Positions 13,915 to 29,200 of a DNA stretch of 64,000 nt are shown one piece after another (the stretch's first letter is position 1; each line of letters begins with the position of its first letter). The notes beneath the pieces are model-generated. The model was not told the DNA's origin. It made no database searches and saw nothing but the letters and a program-made list of their open reading frames with translations. A program made the position numbers and the translations under genes. The stretch covers positions 3,782,001 to 3,846,000 of the forward strand of contig CM022666.1 in NCBI GenBank assembly GCA_012295275.1, read 5' to 3'. The stretch comes from Chrysomallon squamiferum (Eukaryota > Animalia > Mollusca).

Positions 13915-14248
13915 CACAACATAGCCACACAAAAACAGACACACATACACACTTACAGATATCTCTACACTTCTATAGATCTACACTCACACCATACACA
14001 CACATACGTGTATTATTGATACTTTATCTACTTCTTTGTTAATCTAGACACTTAACTATGAGATACTTACAATGTGTGTAGAAGAGATTACTACTGTACC
14101 TAGATTAGTCTTTGTTGTCCACTTTTTTCTTATAGCGAAATAAACTTTGTACATGTCTACATTTGTCTGCTGTTGTTTTTATGTAGAAAGAGAGTGACTA
14201 AGAGGACCTAACTGGCAGTTACAGACAGACTGACAGAAAGACAGATAA

Positions 14249-14283
<35 letters not shown>

Positions 14284-14750
14284 CAGAGATAGAAAAGTGG
14301 TCAGACAGATTAGGCAGGTGGATAGACAGACAGAAATAGATAGACAGATGGGACAGAATATCAGAGACAGAGAGGGATGAATGGATGTGTGGACATACAG
14401 ACACATACACATACAAAGACAGACGATCTGACAAAAAATATTTAGACAGAGACAGATGTATGAATGTAAAAGACAGACTGACTGACAGTCTGACAGAAAA
14501 ACAGACAAGATATTAATTTATTACATTTATCAGATAGTTGGCAGTAATTAAAACAATTAACTCACCTGCTTTTTCAGGTGTTATTAATGAGTATTTGTGT
14601 AGGAGATCGGTTTTCTCTTCATCAAAAGGGAAAGTCCAGTGTTGGGTCTTTTTTAAAAATAATAATAATAAAAAACATTACATCAAAATTTATTTAGCTT
14701 CAAACTTTATTTAGAATATGTATGTTTTGCTGATATGTGAGATATATATT

Positions 14751-14799
<49 letters not shown>

Positions 14800-15860
14800 T
14801 ATATGTGTTTATTACTCAGATTTTATTCATACAATATCCTTTAACATTTAAATTTTTTTAATGTTTTAATTTACTTATTTATTATTATTATTATTATTAT
14901 TATCGTCATCATCATAATCATCATTTTTAATTATCACTTTCTTTTTTTGTTATTAATATCATTACTATTATTACCAGTTTAACATTTACAGAATTCCTTT
15001 ATTTTTAATCCACAATATATTATCATTACATAAATACAGCAGTTCAAAATAAATTAATCATTATTTGTTAATTATCACCATCATCATCATAGACATTGAC
15101 ATTTCTAACTACAAAACATATAATTTGAAGACATATATGTACTAAGATAAATCAAAACATCTCAAAATTTATAATAATAACTGCAAACACTCATCTTTTG
15201 CATAAACCAGAGAAGCTTTTCATGCTACTTGTATAAAAAAAAAATACCTAGCTCAGTTGTTTAAGTATTTTTACAAATTTACATTTCAACATATATCATT
15301 GAATTCAAAAACAAAATCCTCAGGTACAAATCTTACCTGGCTATTTTAAACAGGTGAGTTGAGTTTTCTTTCTGCGTTGCGAGGATGTATCGCCTTTTCC
15401 CCCACATTTCTCGCTTGGAAATGTAAAATCCGTTCAATTTGCTGCTGTGGTTTTTAAATCGAACCATTGCCGTCTGCCAGCTCATGCCTCTGTCAACATT
15501 GAGCAGAACTGACCTGAAAATATTTTATTTATTTTTTGCTTATTTGATTTTGTTTTGTTTTTGTTTTTCTGTCTGTCTGTCTGTTTATTTGGTTGTTTTG
15601 TTTACTAGTTTCAGCTTTCACAAACTATTTCGTTTTTCAATAGTTTATTTACTGAGTTGGAACAAGTGTTTGTTTTGTTGGATTTTGTCACCCAGAAAGA
15701 TGCCAAGTTTTCTGGGAGTATGAAGTTATGATGCTCCTTCAAAAATGGCAAATTCTAGTGGAACAAAATAGCTGACATCTAGTTGAATAAATCTGTGAAC
15801 AAATTTCATTCCATCACAGTAATGCCTTTGTTTATTTATTTATTTAGTATTATTATTATA

Positions 15861-15899
<39 letters not shown>

Positions 15900-18800
15900 T
15901 TACTATTATAATTATAATCTTATTCCTTTTTTCTTTATTCTTTGTTATTATTATTGATTTTGCACATAACAGTCTACCAAATTTAGCATACTGTATGAGT
16001 TATTCATTTATGTATTATAATTTTATATAATAATCCATGAAAAGCTATTAGTAATATATTCCAAAGAACTGCTTTCAAATATTTTTTTATCACGTAACTC
16101 CAGTAATTCAAAAAAGACTTCAGTGATAAGAAAGTCTATCAATAATATATTCCAAAAAACTAATTCTGACTTTGTGGAGCCACTTCCTTTGGTGAAATTC
16201 TTAAACACTTCTTTGGGTTTTCCAATCATGTTAACTGATGAAGCAGTTATATCCAGCATTCCTTCATTATATCTGAAACATAAAAATAAACATTCATTAA
16301 ATATAATGTAATAAATTATTCATAACATATATACTTATAAAATAATAAAGCAAACAGAAACAAAATGTTGTTCTTAAAGTTATTTACATGTAAAGATGGA
16401 TCGAAGGTTGTCAAGGCATTGAATATGAGAAGGGTACAGTTAGAATTTTTTGTGTGTAATTTCCTTTCACTGTCTTTCAAACAGAAATATAGAAAACAAA
16501 AATAAGGACAATTTTCTAATGATTTAGTCTGTTGAGACTTTTTTTTCACTGTATGTTTAATCTCTGTGTCTGAGTTTGTTGTATTAGTGTCAGACTTTAT
16601 CATTAGAAAAGATTGGTTAGTAGAAACAGACCATTCATTTAATTAAAATTAACTCACCTTCCCTCTTTCTTAGCTCCTTGTACTGTCAGATTCAAACACT
16701 CAGTAAAATAACTGAAAATCTGAAACAGAAACAGAAACTGAATTTATAAAAGCTTCATACATCTACATAACTCCCAAAGAAATTATCTAATTAATTCAGG
16801 GACATCTTACTGCTGAACAAATTACCTTTAACATACGAATGTAATTATAATACACAATGAGATATTAAAAGGTTTGGCCTTTTCAATTAAAATTTTTCAT
16901 CTTTTGAAACTTTTTCAGGTAACAATTTTGAAAGAATGTGTCTGTAAATGGTTTTCTTAATACATCAATTAAGACTAATATTTTTTTAAATACAGAAAGT
17001 TTTTCTTTATCTGGCAACCTATGTAAACATAAATATGAATAAATAATGGAAGATGAAAACCTATTTTAATAAAGATGTTTACTTAAGAAAATAAATCTAC
17101 ATTTTAGTAACATATTTTCGTCATCAAGCTACAAATCAAGAACAGAATATTAAACTGAACTTATTTAATTAAAAAATGTGTTTCATTAAACATTTCTTTA
17201 ACTATACATTATTTTTCTCTTCAGCAGATAACAGATTGATGAAAATGATGAAAAGATTAAAAAGGTTATTAACAGATAAACAAGTTTATGTAAACACTTC
17301 TGTAACTGATCGTCTTATTGTTTTTGTAGCTAAGCATCTTCATCTAAATATCTTACTAAAATGAAGAATTTATTTTGTAAGTAAACATCTCCATCTAAAT
17401 ATCCCACTAAAATGTAGATTTGTTTTTTAAGTAAACATCTTTATCTAAATATTTGTTAAACTAAACCGGTTTTCATTTTACATTACATTAAAAAAATAAA
17501 TTGTTTTTTTGTTTTAATAAATTTTAACTGCATTATGTATTGGATTTAAAATAAATATAAACTAAATCTGGTTCCACTTACAAGATTCTGTTTCTCTACA
17601 TCTAGTCCGAGAATTCGGTTAAGAAACATGCTGACATTTCCTGTGTCTTTGTCCTTGACCTGTGCTCCAACCTTCAGAGTGTTGAGTTCAACTAGACCCA
17701 TCAATATTAGACATTCCTGAAAATTATTTTAAAAAATCAAAGAAAATATTATTTAATTTCAAATAATATAATATAATATAATATAATATAATATAATATA
17801 ATATAATATAATATAAGAAATAAAAAATGTTTTAACTGGATTAAAATATGCTGAGAAGTCAAAAATAAAAATAAATTCTTTTCATCTGTTCACATTCTCA
17901 CCTGCATTAAGCTGTTGAACTCTTCAAAATTGTATTTCTTGTTTGTTATCACATCCAGGTCCAAACCAGGAATGATTTTTTTCTGCCAAAAAAATTAAAA
18001 TTACAAATTAAAATTAAATGACAAAGAAAATAATTTATAAAACTGAAAGATATGACAATAATAATAGTAATAATAATACAGAAACTTAACTAAATACATA
18101 TGGTTGCAAAACTAGCAGTAACAGTAAAACTATAATGTAAAATAATTTAAAAACGATAACAGTACAAATACAATGATATAATAATAAAATAAAAACTAAT
18201 TATCAATGCAAAACTAATAATAAACAAATATAAATAATTTAAAAATAATAATTTTAAATTAATAACAGTACCTGACAAACACAATGGTGTAATAGTAATA
18301 ATTGTAAAAAAAAAAAAATTGATAGTGGTATCAGTGTAAAACTGTAATAATAAAAAAATGCTATAAAATAATTTAAAAATAGTGACAGTACCTGACAGAT
18401 ACAATGATACATTGTCCGTAATGCTGTGCGTCCATATGGAGTGTCAAAATTAAACTCAGTGAGATCAGCACCTGTAGCTGCACGCCTATCACCTTTTGTG
18501 AGAGCACCTGTAAAAATAACACACAGGTGTAATATACAGGTAAAAATAACATTCAGGTGTAATCTACAGACAAAATAGCACACAGGCAGGACAATAACAG
18601 ACAGGTGTAATCTACAGATAAAAATAACATTCAGATGTAATCTACAGGTAAAAATAACATTCAGGTGTAATATACAGATAAAAATAACATTCAGTTGTAA
18701 TATACATGGAAAAAAAAATAATACAGGAAATAATATACATGGAACAAATAGGTAAAACATACAGGTGTAATCTACAGGCAAAAATAACACATAGATGTAA

Positions 18801-19210
18801 TGCATAGGTGAAAATAACAAATAGGAATAATGTACAGGTAAAAATAATCACAGGTATAACTACATATGTTCCATGAGATAAAAAAACTTTTGAGAAACCA
18901 TATTGTTTACTCTCTTAAAACTTAACAGTAAACAATTTCATCTGCATTCAGTTAACATTAACCCAGTAATAGTACAATAAAAGTATTAAAACTGGTTTCT
19001 ATTCTCTCTGTGAACACAACCACACCCACTACGTTGTTTTTGGAACTACATTTACCAAGAGACTGAAGTCGTCTGGCTACAGCAGCAGCAAATCTTCTCT
19101 CTCCTCCAAGATCTGTTGTGAGCAACTTGTACAGTGGACCACTAGGAAATACAAAAATACATTATTATTATTATTATTTTTATTATTATTTTTTTTTTTT
19201 GTTATTATTA

Positions 19211-19283
<73 letters not shown>

Positions 19284-19330
19284 TTATTATTATTATTATT
19301 ATTATTATTTTATTATTATTATTATTATTA

Positions 19331-19363
<33 letters not shown>

Positions 19364-19413
19364 TTATTATTATTTTAGTTAATTATGGTTCTTAATTTTC
19401 ATTATTATATTAA

Positions 19414-19451
<38 letters not shown>

Positions 19452-22400
19452 TATTATTACTTTATTATTATTATTATTATTATTATAGAGTTAATTATGG
19501 TTCTACACCATTCAGAATAACATTATTAATTACGATTTTACAACATTGAAAATAGTATTTTTATTATTATTATTTTTAATTAACGTTTTATCATATTCAG
19601 AATACCATTATTATTATTATTATTATTATTATATTAATAATATTATTATTATTAGTCAATTATGGGTCTTACAGCTTTCAAAATAATAATAATTATATTA
19701 TTGTTAATTATGATTTCACAGCTTTGAAAATAACATCATTTTTCTTCTGATTATTATTATTAATAAATTATTAATCTTAATGTAATTGCTGTTGTAATTG
19801 TTGTTAAATTTAACCTCTTAACCAAACTGTCAATCAAAAATGAAAATGAGTCTGCAGAAATGTTTTTCATAAACATAAAATTCTGATTGGTTGTTTTCAC
19901 GCTGTCAATCAACCTATCACAAACCTTGATTGGTTGGATCTGTGAGATCGTCCCAACTGCTGTACGGCTTTGTCTGCACTCCAGGCCAGTTCCACTGTCA
20001 AATGAACCCTTCTGCGCCGATTGGCAACCCGCACATCAGAATGCAGTGAAATTCCTGAATTAATTCATAATGAACAAAATGAGTTTTTATGTATTTCTGA
20101 AAACATTAAACATAAAACAAAATATGTATATAAATTAAAAAGTGTCAGTATGATTTGTGTCAGTTTTAAATTATTTTTAAGCAGTAATCAAATTATTTTT
20201 ATAATTTAAAAAAATTAAATTTAAGTAATTTGTTATTTTTCATGTTGTATTAAAATTTCTTTTCCTTTCTTTTTTTTTTATTATATTTTTTATTTCAAAT
20301 TTTCTTCTTTTTATTTTTTTTTTTTATTTTTTTGAAGTTTGTTGGGAATTGTTTTACATGTGAAAAATTAACTTATTTGTTTTTTTTTAAAACAGATTAA
20401 TTAAAATTTAACAACCAATTTACCTGTACTTGCAGCATCAGATATTATAGCAATCAGTTTTTTTTTTCCTTCCATGAAAAGATTTTCTACAATATAAAAT
20501 ATTAAACTCTACAATATCAAAAATAAATTAAAAATTTTTTTGAACCTGTGGGAACCATCTTGCAAATCAAAATACAGTCTTTATTTACCTCTTTTCAAAA
20601 ATTAATAATCAAAAAAAGATTTACCTCATTCACAATAATTAACAAATCAAAATGAACATTATTTAAAAATAACTATTTATTTATCTCTTTAACTATTTAT
20701 TATTAACAAATCAAAACAGTGTTTATTTACCTCTCTGACATTCAGACTCTCAATACAAGAATCAGATTCCTGTCCTCTTGCTTCATATACTGGAATTTCC
20801 TTTCTAGATCTCCGAACAATTCTTCCTTTGCGTCCAGTCATTTCAGCAACCTTATCAGGGCCTCCCAGTTCATCTATTATTTCATCAAGTGGACTGAAAT
20901 TGATGAAAAAAGATTTAAGATTAACAACTCTATTTTTTTTTTAAACAACTTAACTTGTTTCACGATACTTTTAACTTTTGGTTAAACAATCAATAATTTT
21001 CTGTTTACATTTTAATTAGGCAGATTTAAAATGAATAAATTACTTTAGTTACGATTACTATTATTTTAATACTAGTATTACTATTATTACTGCTATTACT
21101 ACTACTAATTGTATCATGACTACCACTATTACTATTTAAAAAACACTACTACTAATACTTATTTTGTACCTGTTAGGTAGTTCAATTTTCTCAGCGAATT
21201 TGAGCAACATTTTTTTTGCTTCAACAGACCATTCATCTTCTGGCTGATCCATCTCTTTCTGAAATTATATTTTCTTTTATTTGTATTTTTTCAACCCTCC
21301 TAAGTTATACTAAGTTCTTAATATAAAAAGAAGTATAAGAAAATACAAAAATAATAATTATGTTATTAATTTATTCATGAATTATTTTTTATGCCTAACA
21401 ATCAACATTATTAAACCAATATTATTATTAAATGTTTTCAGAAAATAAACAAACAAACAAACAAACAAACAAACAAACAAATAATAAAATTACCAAAACA
21501 AAGAGAAAAAAAAATATTCAGACATAATAAACACATATTAAGGCAAGGTAAAAGAAAGGAATAAAGTGTGATAGAAATAAAAACAAAAAATGGAGGAATG
21601 AAAGAAATAAACAGAATAGTTGAAATTTTTTTTAAAAGAAAAACATGAAAAGAAGAAAAGCAAATCAGAAAGAAACAAAAATGACACCCTGAATCAAACA
21701 GTTGCCATGGCAAATAGTGAATAAAAGGAACGAAAGAAGAAAGAAGGAATGAAAGAAGGAATGAATAAAATACAATACTTACAATTCCCTCCACACTGGT
21801 TGGGAAGTACTGCTGAATGAAGCGTGACAGAATTTCTCGACAAAGTGAAACAAATCCTTTCAGGTTTCCTTTACTTTTAGTTAACTCTGATACAAGAGAT
21901 GCCTGGAATTATTATTATTATTATTATTTGTTATTTGTTGTTGTTGTTGTGGTTAAGATCATCATAATTATATTATCATTTCTTCATCACCATCATTATT
22001 TTATTATACTATTATTATCTTTATTATTATCTTTATTATTACTACCATTATCATTATTACAATCAATGTTACCATCATCATCATTTCTAATGCTATTATT
22101 ATTACCATCATTATTATTACAGTTATTATTATTAGTAGTAGTAGTGGTGGTATTACCAATTTAACTAGTTTACCAACATCGGAGTCCTTTTTTTACTATT
22201 TCAAATAAAATAAAATCTAAAGTTAAAAATAAAGAATATTTAAACAAAAATATTATTTAAAAATTTAACCTCGCCAGTTGTCTGCAATCCAATGACAACA
22301 GAATTTCCTGAGTCCAAAGCCTCCTTGGCTTCCCTCACAACCAGCGGTACTTTCATTCCCATGCTGCAACACAAATTTCAAAAATATTTCCCAAAATGCA

Positions 22401-23210
22401 ACATAAATTGTTAAAATAGCCTTAACGCAAAAGCAAATTTTTGTGCAACAACACCAACATTACATAAGATGTTAGTTAAAATGATACCCAAACTGTTAAA
22501 GTACCCATAATGCAAAATAAACTGCTAAAGTAATTAATTACCCATAATGCTAAACAGATTCTTAAAATACCCATGCTGCAACACAAACTGTCAAAATACC
22601 AACAATGCAAATTAAATGGCTAAAAAACATCCATAATCCAACATTCATTTTTGAATTAATAAAGTAATAAAGATATAACTGAAGCAAATACATTAGAGAA
22701 CAAATAATTCTAAAATAACTTCAAATAGATTTCATTTTTTTATTTTTGCTAGGGATCTTTTTTTTTCTTCTAAGTATCAGTTGATATGCTACATAGTAAT
22801 TATTGCTTAAAACAATTGCGTAAATATTGTATATTATATATATGGGACATCACTTACCACAGTTGTTTGAAAAACCTCTGATGTGAAGACCAGAAAAGAG
22901 ACCAGATTCTGTTATTACTGCAGTTAGTTCGTATCATTGCACTGTCAAGAGCTTTCCGTAACTCATTCCTTCCAAAAAAAAAAACCAAAAATGTAAAAAA
23001 ATACAAGTTTTTAAATATAATTTAAAACTTTATTTACCACAAAGTTGACCTGAGCCATGGTCAATATATATATATATTAAAAGAACCCTTGCTTTTAAAG
23101 AAGAATAAATAGTTACAGCATTTGGAAATCTTTGTCTGTTTTAATTACAAAATTTAAAACCACATAATTTTAAGAATAAATAACAATGAAAAATGTCTGA
23201 ACAGTGGTGT

Positions 23211-23242
<32 letters not shown>

Positions 23243-26200
23243 AACAGAATTACAAAATAGGGATATGTCTGTATCTTTTTACCAATTAAGTAATTAAACA
23301 CTCCCACATCTATATTTAGACTTTTCTGTGAAACTTAAAAGATCAGAGCCTATCCTTTGAGTTAGAAAGACTTAACAATATTAAATTTAATTTAGAAAAA
23401 TTTGGACTAAGGTCTATCTTTGTCTGTTTTAATAAAAAAAAATTTAATATCACTGAAATGTCCAAAAGATATTTGGACTAAGGATTTGTTTAAAACTCAC
23501 CACACATGAGTAGACTGGTTGTACACTTTTATCTGTTCTTTGGTCAGTGCAGCTTCCACTGTCACAAACTTAAAAACAAAAAAACAAGTAATAATATTTG
23601 ATGTTATGGTCCAGTTCTGCTGTATGTTTATCTTAACAAACCACCATTTTGATTTCTGTGTGATATTCTTTTTGTTCAGATTTTTTTATTTGTTATATTT
23701 TTGATGGAGGATGGGAATGTATTGCAATGGTTGTTGTCTCATGGATTTATGCTAGAAATGAAAGATTTATGTGTGTTTTGGTGCATGATCATGTTTGTGT
23801 ATGTGTGTCTATGTGTATGGATGTGTGTATAGGTGTCCACATGTCTGTGTGTGTGTCACTATATTTGTGTATAACTGCATCTTTTAAATAACCAATATTT
23901 TTATGAAATATGTTTCTGTGTTTATAGTTTTTTAATACAAATTAGCAGTCATTTATATAATACATACACACAACTTTACCAACAATACACATACAAAACT
24001 AACAACTATAATAATTATTTTTAATTATTTTTTAAAATTTTTTACCTCGGCTGCTTTGAAACTCAGTCCCCGCGACACATACATTCCTGATGCTTTCATC
24101 TCCATTGCCAACATTTCAGCTACACCTGAAATGAAACCAGACTTTTTAAAAAACTTGTTTCAGTATATTCTTTGAACAGGCAGCACATCTACAATGACAA
24201 TGTCAACCCTGCTACAGTGATGGATATACAATCGACAGATAAGCCATAAATGTCTGAAATTGTTTGTTTTAAACACCATAAGCAACAACTGTGATAATGA
24301 ACTGAATAAATGTATTTAAATTAATTTGAAATGCTGAAAAAATGTAAAAAATATTTCTTGAGCTTGTATAGACACAATGCAGTAGTTTAGATAGTTTAGA
24401 GTTTTAATTATTAATATACTGTAAACATATGTTGTAAACATAAGTTTAATTATTAATTTATTGTAAACATATATGGGTACGTCAGTTTAATTGTTAACAT
24501 ACTGCAAAAAATACATTAAACATCACTTTAAATATTAATTTATTGTAAACATTTATATTAATTATTAATACATAGTAAACTACCAGATAATAGATAGATA
24601 GAGACAGTATGAAATTAAAGTTTGATAAAGTTCTACCTTTTAATGGTTTTGAATTTTGTTTCCCTTTTTTTGATTTTTTTTCTTTTCCGTCTTTTATCTT
24701 CTTCTTTTTTTTGTATATACCTAATCCCTTTCTTTGAACAGATTCTATAAAATGTTCAAATGATTTGAAAGGTGCTCCATCCCCCCACAGTCCTAATCTT
24801 TCCATAAATGCCTGAAAAAAAAAAGAATTATAAAACTATATGATGAAAAAATATATATTCCAAAGAAAAAAAATAAATTAAAAAGCCAGTAAGAAAATAT
24901 AAAAGAAAAAGAAAAAACATGTTTTTAAAATATTTTTTTGAAGCAACTTTCTATTAAAATGGATATTTTTTAAAAATTTTATCATAAAACAAAATCAAAC
25001 TACAAAATACAAAGTTTAAAAAAAACCGCATAAATATATAATTATTTTTTTGTATAGAAAAAGAATTTGTTTAAGAAAATATTTAATAACTGTGTGATTA
25101 AAAAAGAATTCACTAATTTATTGGGCTGGATCAAAATTTAACATCATTTGTAAAGAGAAATTCAAACACAACATTTAAATATTTGTACAAAGATTTATTC
25201 AACCACAAATTTTTGTTCATCTTTCACAATCATGTACTCAAACACCAGATACTGAAAAATTCCCATGAACTTCTGTTCCAACCAAATAATTTGGACTGTG
25301 TCTCCATTTTAAAAACAAGATCAAGTCTTACCATGTTTTTCACATCAGTGATTCCAGTGGCACTGCAGTACACAACCCTTGCTTTCGGCAGCATTCTGAA
25401 AAACAAATACAAAAACATCTTCACCTACATTTTAAAGGTAATTTTGTTGACTGACAAATGGCCTAAGTTATTTTCAATATGTTCTTAAAAATCAGTGTTT
25501 TATTTGTTTTAGAAAAGGCAAATCTATTTTTATTTACATCTTGACAAAAAGAGTTAATTCTGGAATCAGGTGATTTTCAACAAATAAACTAACATTGTAT
25601 TCATTGCAAATCTTGATATATGATTCTTCTTTTGCTGAACAATTAGTTTAGAAGTATTATACACTATTTTTAAATATCTTAAGAAGAATGGAATTATTAA
25701 GAAAATGTTCAGAAATATTTTGTCTTTTTAAAACAGAACAAACCTTTGAATAGAACTAACTGCAAGAGCTATTTTTGTGCTGGCTTGTTCTTTATTCTAA
25801 AAAAAATAAATAAATAATATCAATAACACTATATTAATAATAATAATAATAATTAGTAATAGCAATAATAGTAGTAATAATAATAACAACAGTTATAATA
25901 ATAATAACAGTAGTAATAGAAGTAATAACGAATACAATCTTAACGATAATAACAATAAAAATAATATCAGTAGTAACAATAGTAGTAATAATAAATCACA
26001 AATAACAGAAACATTAATAATAACAATAACAACAATGACAACATGAAGTAGAGACAGTACAAATTAAACATCATAATTACATTTTATATGTTCAGTTGTT
26101 AAAAAATGTCAGTCACAAATGTTTTCTTTGCTTTGCAAAAATAAATGTCACAAACAGATTAACTTTCTATACAGACAAAAATTTTGAATCTACATACAGG

Positions 26201-29200
26201 GATGAAATTTTTTGCTTTGTGGCATTCATCAAAAATAAGACATCCATTGAAATCTTCTCCTCCACACCACTTTATCAACTGCTGCAGGCGAGACGACCGG
26301 GTGCTACTGAATGAACCTTTTAAAAAAAAGATTTCACAATTAGAGTTATCTACCCTGAATCAGAAAATCTTTTTTTGTTTTATTAATATTCATATGCAAC
26401 AAATTATAATTAATTCAGCAATGAATTTTATAATTTTTAATTTATTTATATATTTTTTTTTTAAATAAATTTGTTATTGAATTTTACAACAAAAACATTA
26501 ATACAATCAAAAACAACAAGTAATTTGATGATCTGAAATGTTAGTGAAGGGTAATATTATCATCAACTAGAAATTAATTTGTGCCAGGCAACCTTCTGTT
26601 TTAAATAAAAGTTCGTTCACCTCCTTTCTGTACAGATGACACCAATGTTGCATATGTGCTGAATATAACACCTTCCTTGAAATCAGATGGCAAACCAAAC
26701 ACTCTGAAAAAAGATAATAATTATAAGTTTTTTGCATTCACAATTCATTCATTTATATATTTTTTATTTTCAATTTAAAATATACCTATTCAATAATGAG
26801 AAAGAAAACAAGCTGTTGTAAGCAACCAAACAATTCAGGTCAGTGGTCCATTCCTCATATTTTTTAAAATTTAATAAACAATTTTACTTACATAAGCATT
26901 ATCACAAATAAATTAATTTTCAACAAACCTGGTTTCTCTGTCAAGTTCCTGGCAACCATCAATCACTTTCACATAGCAGCCTATGTCTGTGAGATCCCTG
27001 GAATAAAAATATAAATATTCATGAAAATGAAATGATGAATATTCATGAAATTGAATGATGAATGTTCATAAAATAAAATTATGAAAATTCATCAATAGAA
27101 ATTATAGATATTTATTTATCATTTAAAATTGGAAACATTCGTGCCAAATGATAACAAATAAAATTTATATTCATTAAACAAAATGATCAATAATTGACGA
27201 CTATTTATAAAATGACTTTGTAAAACAAAATATTCATGAAACAATTACAAATATCCGGGATATGCAATTATAAATATTCATGAACCTAATTAACTATTCA
27301 GGAAGTAAAATTATAAATATTCATTAAATAAAATATTAATATACATTAAATAAATTATTAATATTCATTAAATAAAATTACAAATATTCATGAAAATAAA
27401 TTATGAAAAGTCATGAAATCAAATTATGAATATTCATGAAATATGACTATATATTATTGGAATAAATCTATGAATATTCATGAAATGATAAGACGATACC
27501 TGCGAGAATCAACAATGAGGTCAGATGAGATTGTGAACCAGACATGTTTTGTTCTTCCCCTGGCAAAGTTATCAAGAATTATACCAGCAATCTGAAATTA
27601 AATAAATAAGTCAAAAAACAAACATAAATTAAGATATCGAGTTTATGTGGCTTAATTATTGTAAACAGTTTACTTATTTATATAATTACTGCAACATTAT
27701 ATTTAACAATTTATTAGTAATAATAAATGATAATGAACATCTTATTTTAAAAATATATATATATATCTATAACCAGCCATATGGTGAAAATGATAAAATG
27801 ATGGAATAAAATAAATCACATTCTATAGATCAGTGATGTATACTGGGGTTCAGTCTCAGAGATTTTAGATGAATCTTTGCAAAATAAATGTGAAGTTTTA
27901 GCATAATTAAGATTTTGACAGGACACACAAAAACACAAAGAACATGTTTTATTGACTGATTTTAACAAAAAACCCATATAGACATAATGTTTTCAAAACT
28001 ATTTATGGTGAAAAATCCTGATTTGTTGATGCATTGGACTGCATTAATAAGCTGTAACTCAAAATTACCCTGCATGACATCCAACAGTATATCCTGTGCC
28101 ACCACACACACAGACAGACAAACACACACATACCTGTCTTCCTTTGCCAACTCCAGCACCATCGCCAATAAAAAACCCAGCCCTCTGTCCATTTCCTAAA
28201 ATAGTCTGATGTCGCTGACACTAAACAACAAAAACATAAATAAATAATCCAAACAATAAAACAACAACTCATGTTTGTAATATAATTTCAGAAGAACTCC
28301 TTTATTTCTGGTCTTGTTCTAGTTTTCACTGCATGAATAATTCCAATCCACAATTTTAAATATGTGAGTAATGAATGAATAATAATTTAAAAATCTGTTT
28401 TCAATTTTATGTGCACAATCAAGTTAATTAAAAACTCATTCCATAAATAAATTTTAAAAATTTCACATGTTTGAACTAATGTTAATGAATTTAATTTCAA
28501 GTTGTATTCTGGGATATACATATAAGTTAATTCTGAGGCAAGTATCTAACCTTGTTTCAAGTTATACATAAGTTAATTTCAAGCTCTTTTTAACATTATT
28601 TAATAAGTTAATTTTTATCTCATTATTTTGGACTATACAAAAATTAATTTCAAGCACCTGTCTGAAATTAATCTGGGTTACACTTAAGTTAATTTCCAGC
28701 TCCTAATTAACATTACTTTGAATTATAAGTAAGTTTAATTTCTAGTTTTATTTAATTCTGATTTCAGTAAATTTCAACCCTTAGTGTTTTTTTTAACTCA
28801 CTGCATGAATTATTCCTTCCAGTTGCAGATGACTGAGCTGTCCAGTCTCTATGACATCTCTAGGTATGCTGTCAGAAATAGGATAATATTCTGGAGGCAG
28901 AGATAGAGCCTAATATATATATTTATAAAATATTAATTAATGTCTGTATGATATCTGTACACATTACTACAATAAAATAATGATTAATTAATATTGTGTA
29001 ATATTTAAAAAAAAAATTGTTTTTGTAATGCCTTTTGACAATAATATATAATAATTAATACTTTAATATTTTTGTATTATTTTTAATACTGTTATATTAT
29101 TATAAATTACATATAATAACAAAATACTGTGACTGTAATATATTTTTAAATGATACCATAATAATTAATGTTACATTTATATAATACTTTTTAAAATGAT

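Noticed and set aside
15691-15716. Short hairpin cccagaaa..tttctggg and similar 7-8-bp stems (42324-42390, 28022-28086) as snoRNA or miRNA
   Set aside because: The stems are too short, with no box C/D or H/ACA layout and no pre-miRNA-length duplex.
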